Shown piece after piece: positions 19,781 to 29,942 of a stretch of DNA of 64,000 nucleotides. Under the pieces are notes generated by a model. It was not told the origin of the DNA, did not search any database, and saw only the letters and a program-made list of their open reading frames with translations. Source of the stretch: Promethearchaeia archaeon. GTDB taxonomy: Archaea > Asgardarchaeota > Lokiarchaeia > Sigyniarchaeales > SOKP01. Position 1 is the first letter of the stretch; the number at the start of each line of letters is the position of its first letter. The DNA lies in assembly GCA_029856125.1 (NCBI GenBank), contig JAHQWJ010000143.1, positions 17,325 to 81,324 on the forward strand, given 5' to 3'. The position numbers were made by a program, and so were the translations under genes.

Positions 19781-20260
19781 TTAAATACTATTAATATCGT
19801 CATAATCATTGAGAATCCCAGAAGTCTGGGCAAATTTTCCATAGCCCATATCGATTATAGTTTGTGTTCTTTTATGTAATACAAAATCAACCCATCCTTT
19901 CTCATCATCTGGATCATTATAAAATGATCCGCAAAGTTCAGCATATTCTACTTTTGATTTCGTTTGAATTAATTTTTTAACAGCACTTACCGAGAGCGCT
20001 AATTCTAAATCAGAATCAACTGCTCCTCCGGATTTTATTTCAATTCCGTTTCCATTTCTCAGCACATTAAAGATATCTACAGGAGATTCTTTATAATATG
20101 TTTCAGCTGAATCATAAAGGGCGAAGTCAAAGATCGAGCCTGATATTAGATCAGAAAAAATTTCGGGATATTGTGCAAGAAATGTGGTGTATTTTTTAGC
20201 TATTTCTGTTTTATAAGCTTCTTTATCAATAATTTGACTTGTTAATTCATCTTCTAACAT
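19781..20260 (-). CDS. Hypothetical protein, possibly SCP2-like
   Basis: SDLELALSVSAVKKLI; similar to the 17810-18217 product. Confidence 0.55.
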   Translation of the reverse strand: MLEDELTSQIIDKEAYKTEIAKKYTTFLAQYPEIFSDLISGSIFDFALYDSAETYYKESPVDIFNVLRNGNGIEIKSGGAVDSDLELALSVSAVKKLIQTKSKVEYAELCGSFYNDPDDEKGWVDFVLHKRTQTIIDMGYGKFAQTSGILNDYDDINSI

Positions 20261-20278
20261 GATTTTGTAAAATTTTTA

Positions 20279-21304
20279 TTATTTTTTTCCTTCTTCAATA
20301 TACTCCTTATACCAATTGATTGTCTCTTCTAAACCTTCTTTTAATGGAGTAATTTTATAACCCAATTTATTAATGGCTTTTTTTGAGGAATACGATCTAT
20401 GATATTTTATTGCTCTTAGTGTAGGTCGAGTTAAATAAGGGCTTTTCTTATTAAACTTAGCTTTAACTTCCAATAACCAAGCATATGCCATCGCAAATAT
20501 GAAAGGAAGCTTTATTGCTTTTTTATCTCTTCCTATTTTGGCGATTAAATCAAGATATTCTTTAAATCTAACATTTTCTCCCCCAAGAATAAAATCTTCC
20601 CCAAAAAGATCTTCTCTATTTATTACGTCCGCTAAAACATTTGATGCATCATATACATAAGATAGACAAGTCATAGCTTCTCCCTTTCCGGGACAAATGC
20701 CCAAGGGAAACATTTTTCCCCTCATAACATCAAATAGCATTCTACCGAATATATTAAAATCTCCTGGACCGTATACGATTCCGGGATAAAACATCATCAC
20801 TTTCAAACCTTTTGGTATATAACTCTTCACGAGTTTTTTCGCCTGGAATTTAGATTTCTCATATTCCATAAAAAAATCCTCTTTTTCATGAGTCTCATCA
20901 ACCGGTTCTTGAGGTGTAGGACCTAAAGCAGTAAAGGAACTAACATAAAATAATTTTAGATTGTTTTCAAGAGCAACATTAACGACGTTTTCTGTACCCT
21001 TTACATTAACATCATAATAAATCGATTTATCCTTCGCCCATATGCCTGTATAAGCGGCAAGATGATATATAGCATCTACTTTATTCACAGCTTTTTCCAA
21101 ACTGCTAATATCTTGGACGTCGCCAATAACATAATCAATATCATTAAGTTCCTTAAATGGTGTTGTATTACTACTCTCTCTTATCAGTAATTTTAATTTA
21201 TGTCCTAATTCGTGTAATTTTTTGACTAAAGGAATCCCAATAAATCCCGTTCCTCCAGTTATAAGTATATTGGCCATTATAAAAATAAGTAATTGTATTT
21301 TCAA
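20279..21304 (-). CDS. NAD-dependent epimerase/dehydratase (extended SDR)
   Basis: TGGTGFIG, HLAA, YEKSK, VYGPG; true start is probably the Met at 21277. Confidence 0.92.
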   Translation of the reverse strand: MKIQLLIFIMANILITGGTGFIGIPLVKKLHELGHKLKLLIRESSNTTPFKELNDIDYVIGDVQDISSLEKAVNKVDAIYHLAAYTGIWAKDKSIYYDVNVKGTENVVNVALENNLKLFYVSSFTALGPTPQEPVDETHEKEDFFMEYEKSKFQAKKLVKSYIPKGLKVMMFYPGIVYGPGDFNIFGRMLFDVMRGKMFPLGICPGKGEAMTCLSYVYDASNVLADVINREDLFGEDFILGGENVRFKEYLDLIAKIGRDKKAIKLPFIFAMAYAWLLEVKAKFNKKSPYLTRPTLRAIKYHRSYSSKKAINKLGYKITPLKEGLEETINWYKEYIEEGKK

Positions 21305-21423
21305 GTCTTAAATAAAAGAGAATCATTAAATCTTGTTTTTAAAACTTTTAAAACAATTAATATTATTAAAATAAGAGAAGTTTAGGAAGTTTGACAAACA
21401 TGTAATCAATTTAAAAAGAAGTC

Positions 21424-22290
21424 TTATTGACCAATCCAAGATATGATATATTTTAATTCCTTGGGTTGTTCGAGTTTTGGCTCTAAAAACTCCCATCTTC
21501 CGTCCACTCCAACTTCTTTAGCAGTTAGATCAAAGTGACAAATCGCAATCCCTATATCGATATTAACGAATGTATTGTAACCTTTCATTTTTGAGTCTTT
21601 TGAGAATTTAACATAGAAATGAAAATTATCACAATCTTCTTCTTTTAATACTCTCCATGGTTGTTTGTTGCCGGCAGATGGAGCAAGTCTAATCATTTCC
21701 AGCAAAGTTTCAAATCTACCTGTTGTCTCTCGAGGAAGGGCTGTAGAGAAGGTTTTTTCAAAAAATACCTTACTCCAAGGAAATCGAGAATCAGCTTTAA
21801 CGATCGTCCGCATAACTTTCTCTTTTCTGCGTCTAATTTCAGGAGTGTATCCAATAGGCGTAATTGCTGGAACTAACTCGTTTTTTTGGCAATTTATTTT
21901 AGTAGAAAAAAGACTTCTGTTAAATGTTCCTCCGAGCCAACATGTACCTAAATTCAAATCAGTAGCTGCTAAAATTATAGCTTCCAAGATGTATCCATAA
22001 TTTTCTTTATAATAATCGGATTTTTCAATCGCTCCCACTATAAACTCTTGAGCACCCTTGATTAGCCCATAAGTTCCTAATTTTTTTCTTTCATCGGGAG
22101 CAAATTCAGGGACTCCAATTAATTCAAATCGAGTTTTTCCCGCGAGCTCACTAAAAGGACTTTTAAAATCTTCAAATGTTAAAATTTGATTAATCTTCTT
22201 CTTCGTATCATCTTCAAGTAATTGATTAGAAAAAGTTCTCCAAGATGTCCGTTCCGTTATAATGTCAATTATAGATTTAGAAAATACCAT
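21424..22290 (-). CDS. Nitroreductase family protein (two-domain)
   Basis: RTSWRTF, LGTCWLGG, LAPSAGNKQPW. Confidence 0.9.
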   Translation of the reverse strand: MVFSKSIIDIITERTSWRTFSNQLLEDDTKKKINQILTFEDFKSPFSELAGKTRFELIGVPEFAPDERKKLGTYGLIKGAQEFIVGAIEKSDYYKENYGYILEAIILAATDLNLGTCWLGGTFNRSLFSTKINCQKNELVPAITPIGYTPEIRRRKEKVMRTIVKADSRFPWSKVFFEKTFSTALPRETTGRFETLLEMIRLAPSAGNKQPWRVLKEEDCDNFHFYVKFSKDSKMKGYNTFVNIDIGIAICHFDLTAKEVGVDGRWEFLEPKLEQPKELKYIISWIGQ

Positions 22291-22361
22291 AACATTTCAT
22301 AATTAACGGCACTATATATATAATTTTGCGCCTAATAAGACATTAATCTGGGGTTTAACAA

Positions 22362-22697
22362 TTAATCGGGCAAAATTCTACTTATTTTTATCATAGTATG
22401 CTTTAGATATTGTTTCATGTAATGTCTTTCGCTATTACAATAATTTAACTTTTCAAAGTTAGATAATTCTTCGCGATTGCTTAAGATAGCATGGATATCT
22501 TCCACCATGGTTAAATATTCTTTTTTAGCAACATCGCATTCCTGAATGAGTAAATCAATAGGATTGCTTATGTTATAAGAAGTTTTTCCGGCATTAATCT
22601 CTTCCTTACTTAGATTAAGATTAGGCTCATTTATGTTAATTGTTTCGAATGTATTTTCAACATCTTTGTTGTTAATGAAACCCTTAGAAATAAGTAT
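22362..22697 (-). pseudogene. 111-codon open frame with no canonical start (gene remnant or ATA/ATT-initiated gene)
   Basis: Stop-free frame ILISKGFINNKDVEN...KISRILPD*; nearest upstream ATG is one base out of frame. Confidence 0.4.
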
Positions 22698-22825
22698 TCA
22701 TCCCGGAGAATTTTCGATTTAAAAAAAATAATCCAAGACAGCTATTTAAAATAAAAGCCTCAGTTAATTTATCATGAAATTAAGAAGTGCATTATTTAAA
22801 AAAAAAAAGATTTAATTATAGATAC

Positions 22826-23392
22826 CTAGATTTTTGAACCGCAATTTTCACAAAAATTGCCTTCTGAAGGTAATTCATGACCGCAATACACACAATATCC
22901 TTTTCCTTTCGTTTCTAATGGCTCTGCTAACTGTTTTGGAGGAACTACAAATTCCTCTGATTTAACATAAGCAACTTTTTCACCAAGGATTATCTCTCCC
23001 GTTTCCGAGTTAAAGCGGTAGCTAATAGCTCCTTTTTGACGCAAGTCGATAAGCACTTTAAGCACATCCCTAGGTTTAATTCCGACTTCGAGAGCTATGT
23101 CTTCTAATTTATGAGTTCCTTGATTACTGCGATCCAAAATTGCAACTCTCACAGATTTTTGGAATTTTTCATTAGTATAATACTGCTGGACGCCCCCAAG
23201 AATTATAAAGAATGCAGGAATGAAAAGCCAGTATCCCCAAGAGTTAAGGCCAATAAAGTTAACATTGAAAGCTATAAAAAACAAGGATAAAATTGCTACA
23301 AATAAGAATACAAATCCACATCCAAGCGTTTCAATTGCGGCTTCGTATTTTTTTTTGGAATAGTATCGATTTCTATAATTGTCACTTGACAT
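22826..23392 (-). CDS. Two-TM membrane protein with winged-helix-like and zinc-ribbon domains
   Basis: Two TM helices; LEDIALEVGIKPRDVLKVLIDL; CVYCG...CENCG. Confidence 0.75.
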   Translation of the reverse strand: MSSDNYRNRYYSKKKYEAAIETLGCGFVFLFVAILSLFFIAFNVNFIGLNSWGYWLFIPAFFIILGGVQQYYTNEKFQKSVRVAILDRSNQGTHKLEDIALEVGIKPRDVLKVLIDLRQKGAISYRFNSETGEIILGEKVAYVKSEEFVVPPKQLAEPLETKGKGYCVYCGHELPSEGNFCENCGSKI

Positions 23393-23496
23393 GATTTCTA
23401 ACCTTTTTTCAATAGTAGAAATTCTAAATAACGAGATGATTTAATAATTAAAAAAGATTTGGAGTCCAATTTATAAAAATATTTTAAAAATAATTT

Positions 23497-25137
23497 TTAG
23501 AATATGTTAAAAGCCTTTCCCATCCAGTATACGACCAAATAACTATTAGGTATTACCTGTTTTAATCCAATATTATCAGATTCATTATTACCGCCAGTTC
23601 CAAAAAATTTACTATGTTCCCAGAGAAAGTGGTGAACGCCCATTTCGGATACTGTTAAAGGAAGTTTGTATTGAGTATCTCTTGGATCGTCGAGATCGAT
23701 TGTTTCTCCAACCCACGAGAAGAGAGTTCCATATATGTTATTTTCGAAGAATTCAGACCATTTTGCTCTACTAGGATCAATATCCATCTTAGCTATGTCT
23801 GGATTTAAACTAGTGGCTCTCGTAGAATTAGGTCTTAATGTTAAATTATAATCTCTTATCCCATTTCCCCAACCAGAAGTGTTAAAGCGCCACAATTGAT
23901 CCAAAACATCCCATTTTAAGGTTTCATCGTTATAATTAGGGTCTTCAAATAAAGCCGAATCTTTAATCATTTTCATAAAAACCAAATGTATAATATTAAA
24001 AAAAGCATTACGGTGGTATCTCAAGAAACTATAAAATCCTTCCTCGAATCTTTTTATATAATGGTGTTGAAGTAGAGGGTTATCTTCTAAAATTATTAGC
24101 GCAAACTCTACATCCATGCTAAAAGCTAGAGCATAGGTGTCGTAAGCAGTATTGCTAGCTGATCCCATGTGACCATGGTGCATAGACATGATTTTTGTTG
24201 CAGCATAATGATAAAGCGAATCATATCTATCTGGATAGGCTGTAGCTCCTATGCGAAGCAAAGCTAATTGCCACATGCTTTCACCTAATATCGGATTTAA
24301 ATCTGATCCAACAGGTTCTCCTTCTCCACCCAATACAAGCCAATTTGTTTTGCGAAAGCCTTCTATCATTTGAGCTGTTAATAATTTGATCCTTTCAACG
24401 CACCATCTGCTTTCTTCATTGGCTTCAGGATCGATGAATTTTAACACGCTAGCGAATCCCAGATAGTATCCCGCTAGCTCGTCACGAGATGTGTGCAACC
24501 TTACTCTCCAATTTTTGTAAATTCCTGTTCCATTAAAATGACGGGGGTGAGGATTAGGTGAATCTTGATCAAATAACCACTCGTGATATTTCCGATTTTC
24601 TGGAGCAGATACAAATCTTGCAGGCATTCCAGGGTAATCGGGGCCTATGCCTCCGTTAGGAGCAGCAAGCATATTGCTGAATCCTGTAACACATTTTTTA
24701 ACCATACGCGTTGCATTATTTAGCTCGTCCAAATCGTCGTTTTCCAATGCATATTTATAGCGTAAGCTTTGAGATGCAAGTGTATAACCTAAATGCAAAT
24801 TTCCATTATCGGTACTATGATAGCTCTGAACTTCGTTATACGAGTAATTTGTGAATGTAATATCTATACTAATGTTAGTAGGAATGTGCCATTTTTCTAA
24901 CTGATAATCGTATTTTTCAGCCATTTGGTCTAGATAAGTTTGATTTCCTACTATTTGATCTAAGGGGGTAAAAAAATTGGTGTTTGGAGGTTCAAGGTGT
25001 AGAGTGAGTGATGCGAGATCGTCGAGAATGCCTAGACCAAAACCAATAAAACTAAAAAAACTTATTACAGGGATCAAAAGCAGAAATGTTACCACGATAT
25101 TTTTCTTTAAAAGATTTTTTCTCGTTCTTATTCGCAT
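23497..25137 (-). CDS. Membrane-anchored/secreted hypothetical protein, possibly alpha/alpha-barrel glycosidase-like
   Basis: N-terminal TM; aromatic-rich helical body; TSRDE motif; function not established. Confidence 0.55.
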   Translation of the reverse strand: MRIRTRKNLLKKNIVVTFLLLIPVISFFSFIGFGLGILDDLASLTLHLEPPNTNFFTPLDQIVGNQTYLDQMAEKYDYQLEKWHIPTNISIDITFTNYSYNEVQSYHSTDNGNLHLGYTLASQSLRYKYALENDDLDELNNATRMVKKCVTGFSNMLAAPNGGIGPDYPGMPARFVSAPENRKYHEWLFDQDSPNPHPRHFNGTGIYKNWRVRLHTSRDELAGYYLGFASVLKFIDPEANEESRWCVERIKLLTAQMIEGFRKTNWLVLGGEGEPVGSDLNPILGESMWQLALLRIGATAYPDRYDSLYHYAATKIMSMHHGHMGSASNTAYDTYALAFSMDVEFALIILEDNPLLQHHYIKRFEEGFYSFLRYHRNAFFNIIHLVFMKMIKDSALFEDPNYNDETLKWDVLDQLWRFNTSGWGNGIRDYNLTLRPNSTRATSLNPDIAKMDIDPSRAKWSEFFENNIYGTLFSWVGETIDLDDPRDTQYKLPLTVSEMGVHHFLWEHSKFFGTGGNNESDNIGLKQVIPNSYLVVYWMGKAFNIF

Positions 25138-25215
25138 TTAGACCACTACTCTTTCACAATTGATATAAAATATCTCAAGTGTTTTATTATGTATTTATGT
25201 TCACTCTTTTATTAT

Positions 25216-25959
25216 TTAAATCTTTAAAAATTGAAGCCATGATGGATCGTCTCTTAAGTGTTCATATATTTGCTTAACGCCTAAGTCAACTCTGAATTGA
25301 TTTTTTCCCATTTCTACAACTCTTACCTCCCAATTTTGTTCTTTTATCCCTTTTAGAAGAGCTTTAGGAACTTCTATTTCACCACTTTTGGAAGGTGAGA
25401 GATTTCTCAAAACATTAAAAATGGTTTTAGAAAAAACGAATACGCCACAATTATTCAAGTTAGTCTTCGAGGTTCCGAGTTGAGGTTTTTCGATTATATT
25501 GATACAAATCTCGCCATCGCTATAAATTGCAGCGCCTAAGTAAGGATCTTCTGTGTAATTAGCAACTAAAATATAATCATACTTTTCTTTTTGATGTATC
25601 TTAACCACATCTTTATAAATCTTATAAGGCACTAAAATATCTCCCCATGTTAAAAAAAAGTGGTTATTAATAATAGAATTCTCACAAAGCAATAAGGCTC
25701 CTCCAGTCCCATTTAACTTATCTTGCTTAATATATTCAATATTTACATTCCAATTCTTACCACTTTGGAAATAGCTAATAATTTGTTCTTTTCTATAACC
25801 AACCACAAAAATGAATTCTCGAAAGCCTGCGGATATCAATCCTTCTAAAATATATTCTAAAAAAGGTTTATCATGAAGTTTCAGCATCGTTTTTTGATAT
25901 TTGTTAGTATAAGGTTGTAACCTCGTTCCTTGACCCGCGCAGAGTATTATTGCTTTCAA
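25216..25959 (-). CDS. Sugar-phosphate nucleotidyltransferase
   Basis: ILCAGQGTRLQP, GTGGA, WGD, IEKP. Confidence 0.9.
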   Translation of the reverse strand: MKAIILCAGQGTRLQPYTNKYQKTMLKLHDKPFLEYILEGLISAGFREFIFVVGYRKEQIISYFQSGKNWNVNIEYIKQDKLNGTGGALLLCENSIINNHFFLTWGDILVPYKIYKDVVKIHQKEKYDYILVANYTEDPYLGAAIYSDGEICINIIEKPQLGTSKTNLNNCGVFVFSKTIFNVLRNLSPSKSGEIEVPKALLKGIKEQNWEVRVVEMGKNQFRVDLGVKQIYEHLRDDPSWLQFLKI

Positions 25960-27059
25960 TAAGTCTCAACTCCATAACTTGTTTTTATATCGTACGCCTT
26001 TCCTCCCGCTTTTCGAATAGTTTCCTTAAGAATCTGTTCATTATTAGGAAATAGCGCGAATATCGTCCCACCAAAGCCCGAACCGTTAATCTTACTACCA
26101 AAAGCTCCGGTTTCTAGACAATCTTCAATAATTTTATTAATTTTACTTGTTGATACCCCAATATTGTCCCTCAATTGCTCTTGATGCTGATTTAAGAGAG
26201 TTCCAAGCTTTTGATAGAAATCAAGATCAACACTTGGGCTAATTCCTTGTTTAACTGAAATAATATAATTTTCAATTAAATTTTTAGCTTTATTGGTGAT
26301 GTCCCGATTTATTATGTTTCCAATTATCTTCCTTTTATATTCTTCCTTTATACTGGACAAATAAGGCTCAATATCTTCTAATTTTGTGTAGAAGCGATCG
26401 AATTTTGGAAAAATCGAATTTAATATCTCGAATGCTTTTAAAGATGAAAATTTGGTTCTAATTAAGTCGTCAACGGTTGCTTTTTTCTCCATAGAATTTC
26501 CTAAAACAAATCCTTTAAGAGTTAGATCATATGTTTTTAATTGAGGTTTAGATCCATCTGGTTTTAAAAAGATTAAATTACCAAATACCGATGTGAAGTG
26601 GTCCATCATACCACCTCCTTCTTGAAATTCTTTTACTTCCGTATTGTATCCTTCTAATGCCATTTGAAAAGGTTCCATTTTTCTTTCAGTTATGAAATTT
26701 AAAAAATATAACCAGCATATAACTAATGCAGAAGAACTCGCAACACCTGCATTAATTGGGATGTCCCCAGTGATTTTTATTTTATATCCTTCAGTAAACC
26801 TGAATTTTTTCCGAATGAACTGATTATAACCACTTATTAAATAATCCCTCTTTGATGTATAATCCAGTTCCTTGTTATTAAGCGGAATTTCCATGAATTG
26901 ATTTAAGTTTGGTAAACTTATTTCGAATTTCTTCTCAGGAATTCTCTTTGCTTCTAAATAAATGTATTTAGATATAGCCATTGAAATAATGGGGTAATGT
27001 AAATAATCTTGATGTTCACCAAAAAGACATATTCTTCCTGGAGATTTTATCCTTATCAT
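25956..27059 (-). CDS. GHMP-family sugar kinase (galactokinase-like)
   Basis: SPGRICLFGEHQDY, PINAGVASSSA, GSGFGG. Confidence 0.9.
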   Translation of the reverse strand: MIRIKSPGRICLFGEHQDYLHYPIISMAISKYIYLEAKRIPEKKFEISLPNLNQFMEIPLNNKELDYTSKRDYLISGYNQFIRKKFRFTEGYKIKITGDIPINAGVASSSALVICWLYFLNFITERKMEPFQMALEGYNTEVKEFQEGGGMMDHFTSVFGNLIFLKPDGSKPQLKTYDLTLKGFVLGNSMEKKATVDDLIRTKFSSLKAFEILNSIFPKFDRFYTKLEDIEPYLSSIKEEYKRKIIGNIINRDITNKAKNLIENYIISVKQGISPSVDLDFYQKLGTLLNQHQEQLRDNIGVSTSKINKIIEDCLETGAFGSKINGSGFGGTIFALFPNNEQILKETIRKAGGKAYDIKTSYGVETY

Positions 27060-27274
27060 ATTACTTTTTCAATGAAAGTTAAGAAATTGAAAATAATATT
27101 CAAATTCCAAATAATTATATTTCCTTATCGTTTAAAGATTTCAATATTTTTTTTATATTACTAGGATATTACTTTTTTTTTTCTTCTTTGGATATTAGAT
27201 TTTATTGATACTTAGGTTGATGATTTTATTTGAGTTTTTATTAATAACTGAATAAAGTAAGACGAGTTTAATTC

Positions 27275-28021
27275 ATGATACATGATTTCTTAATTATTAA
27301 AGATGGCTTACCGCTATTGTTTAAGAATTTTTCTATTCTTAAAAATATTTTCTCAGAAACAGATTCATTACTTATGGTATCTGGGTTTTTTTCAGCACTG
27401 AACTCGTTTTCTGACTCTTTTGAGGATTTAGGAACAATTAGCGAATTGAAATTATCTAATAATGACTTAAAATTATCGTTTTTAAAGGACTCAAGCATTC
27501 CAAATTTAATTTACATTGCCACATACGATGAAAAATCTAAACCCGTAAATGTTTTAAGAATTTTAAGGAAGCTATCTCGAACATTTTTACAAAAATTCAG
27601 TATCGATGCAATATTAAATTGGAGAGGTAATACTAATGCATTCAAATCTTTTGAGAATATCTTAGAGGGTTTTGTAGACGAAGAGTTGAATGAAAGCGAT
27701 ACTGGCTTTAAGGAAAGAGTTGTTGAGCTATTTAGAAACGTTGAAGAGAGATTAAATGAAGAATCCAACTTACAAGCTTTAAGAAATAAATTAGATCCTC
27801 CACCTAACTTACCTTCTTATTGTAATCAAATCCCCCGATTCACGACAACAAAAAAGATTAATCCTAAATATTACTTGTCAGGAGTAACTTCGCAAAAAAT
27901 ATATTATCAAATCGATGGGAAAAAATCTATAAGACAGATAACGGAAGGCTTGAATTTAAAGCACGCGCAAGTCTACAATATATGTAAAAACCTAATAAAA
28001 ATGGGCTTCATAAAATTCTGA
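27275..28021 (+). CDS. Longin-like domain protein with C-terminal winged helix
   Basis: FLIIKDGLPLL...MVSGFFSALNSF pattern; C-terminal IDGKKSIRQI...LIKMGFI. Confidence 0.7.
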   Translation: MIHDFLIIKDGLPLLFKNFSILKNIFSETDSLLMVSGFFSALNSFSDSFEDLGTISELKLSNNDLKLSFLKDSSIPNLIYIATYDEKSKPVNVLRILRKLSRTFLQKFSIDAILNWRGNTNAFKSFENILEGFVDEELNESDTGFKERVVELFRNVEERLNEESNLQALRNKLDPPPNLPSYCNQIPRFTTTKKINPKYYLSGVTSQKIYYQIDGKKSIRQITEGLNLKHAQVYNICKNLIKMGFIKF

Positions 28022-28093
28022 TTATGAGGGATTGATCAAAGATTTATAAAATGAGAAATTAAATATTATCTTAAATTTTTTATTCAATAGAAA

Positions 28094-28390
28094 TTAGCCT
28101 TGAACTCTTTTTTGGTGCTGTTTTTTCCTTTTTTTCTCTCGATCTTTAATTTCAGCTTCCAATTCAGCATCGCTTTTTCCTTCAAATTTGAAGGTTCCAA
28201 CAATTTTGCTTTCTTCTTTATCTCCTTTTTTACTTATTTTTTCGAAAGATATTGAAACCGGTTTATCTTGATCTAAAGCTAAATTAATGAAGTTTATAAA
28301 ACCTAAATGTTTGCTTGGAGCTATGCTAAATTTAAGGTATACATCTTTGTCTTTTTTGGTTGTAGTTCTCAGTACTAGTCTTAATTTCAA
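28094..28390 (-). CDS. Hypothetical basic protein
   Basis: 98-aa ORF with TTG start. Confidence 0.6.
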   Translation of the reverse strand: MKLRLVLRTTTKKDKDVYLKFSIAPSKHLGFINFINLALDQDKPVSISFEKISKKGDKEESKIVGTFKFEGKSDAELEAEIKDREKKRKKQHQKRVQG

Positions 28391-28525
28391 AGTGTATCAC
28401 ATAAAATTTTTCTTTAATCTTTTTATTAAGCTAATTAAAATTATTATTTTAAAAAAATTTTATTATTATTTTATTATTATTAAATTTATTAAAAAGAGTC
28501 ATAAAACAAAGTGAATACATAGGAT

Positions 28526-29149
28526 ATGGCATCAAAATTTAGACTTCGCAGAATTTTCAAACCATTAGTGAAAAGAGTTGCACATCTCCTAAGTAGAGTG
28601 GGTTTAAGTCCAAATTTAGCTACGATTTCTATGCTTAGTTTTTCTATTATAAGTTTCATTCTTCTCGTTTTCTTATCGAATTTGCTTTTATTTTCAATAT
28701 TTGTCTTCGCAACTGGCTTTTTTGATGGGGTTGATGGAGCTATCGCACGGGAACAGGAAAGGGTAACGAAATTTGGAGGATTTTTTGATTCTTTAATGGA
28801 TAGAGTAAGTGAATTCGTAATATTTTTAGCGCTTTTGATTTACAGCTGGAATAGCATTTTATGGGGTATTTTTGAAATGAAAATTATTATCCTAATATCA
28901 TTTTTTAGCTCCGTTATGATAAGTTATTTAAGAGCGAGGGCAGAGGTGTTTTTTAAAGGTGATTTTGATTTTGGTCTGATGGCAAGATCCGAGAGGTTAT
29001 TTTATTTAGTTGTTACGATGTTGATTGCGAATTTTATCGGTTATGTAAACGAATTTTTATTCGTTTTCATGCTTTTAGTATTAGCCACTGCTTTTTTCAG
29101 ATATTTTAAAATTAAGATTCTTATAAAAGAATACGAGAATAAGATGTAA
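28526..29149 (+). CDS. CDP-alcohol phosphatidyltransferase (archaetidylinositol-phosphate synthase-like)
   Basis: DGVDGAIAR...GGFFDSLMDR signature; SYLRARAE; RSER. Confidence 0.92.
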   Translation: MASKFRLRRIFKPLVKRVAHLLSRVGLSPNLATISMLSFSIISFILLVFLSNLLLFSIFVFATGFFDGVDGAIAREQERVTKFGGFFDSLMDRVSEFVIFLALLIYSWNSILWGIFEMKIIILISFFSSVMISYLRARAEVFFKGDFDFGLMARSERLFYLVVTMLIANFIGYVNEFLFVFMLLVLATAFFRYFKIKILIKEYENKM

Positions 29150-29192
29150 AGTTAATTAACTCTCATCACTCTTTCCCAAGCTAAACCTGTTC

Positions 29193-29942
29193 TTAGTTAC
29201 TAAAATTTAGTTCAATTATTAATTTATCACCATCTTTGAGGTTAAAAAAATCTCTCAAATAAGGTTTAGCCAAGATTTCAATTGTATTTTCTTCGTGATG
29301 AGTTCTTTGGATATCAAGTATTGCAGCTTTAATTTTATTCTCATGATTATCTAAGCGTGAGATAAAACAATCATAACAATGGACGCTCCCATAAGTCCGC
29401 TCTGAGTTATCGTCTTCAAATCCTGAGATAATCACTGGCTTAATATATTTTATCTTTTCTCTTAATAAATCGATATTCGTATCATTTAGTTCTAAATTCA
29501 ATGTGCCTTTATATGGTAAAAACCCTAATTTATCTTGAAATTGATCAAAGTATCCTTTAATTGCAACATAGTAAGCACCTTCCTTTATTCCACTCTGAAC
29601 AGAACCTAGGATAACAATGCTTGCAAGAATTTCCTTTAAATTTTTATACATCAAGAGCATTATATTATTTCCTTCTCTCGTAACGACAATTTTTTGGGTT
29701 TTTTTCTCAGTTTTTCTTTTAATCCACCCGAGGTTCTCCAAATCGCTAATTCTTCTCGAAGCAGTTTGTTGACTCAAGTTCAGAAGTTTCCCAAACTCTA
29801 CACTGCTAATATTAATTGTTTGTCGATATTCTATATGCTTACAAAGTTGATAGAGAGCAAACCAATTAGCATAGTTTTCAGGTGATATCTCTCCTCTATC
29901 TGACATAACATCACTCAAAATATTAATTCTTATATTGTTCAA
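29193..29942 (-). CDS. ribK: CTP-dependent riboflavin kinase with N-terminal HTH
   Basis: SQQTASRR HTH; GFLPYKGTLN; RTHH...IEILA...LR. Confidence 0.92.
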   Translation of the reverse strand: MNNIRINILSDVMSDRGEISPENYANWFALYQLCKHIEYRQTINISSVEFGKLLNLSQQTASRRISDLENLGWIKRKTEKKTQKIVVTREGNNIMLLMYKNLKEILASIVILGSVQSGIKEGAYYVAIKGYFDQFQDKLGFLPYKGTLNLELNDTNIDLLREKIKYIKPVIISGFEDDNSERTYGSVHCYDCFISRLDNHENKIKAAILDIQRTHHEENTIEILAKPYLRDFFNLKDGDKLIIELNFSN

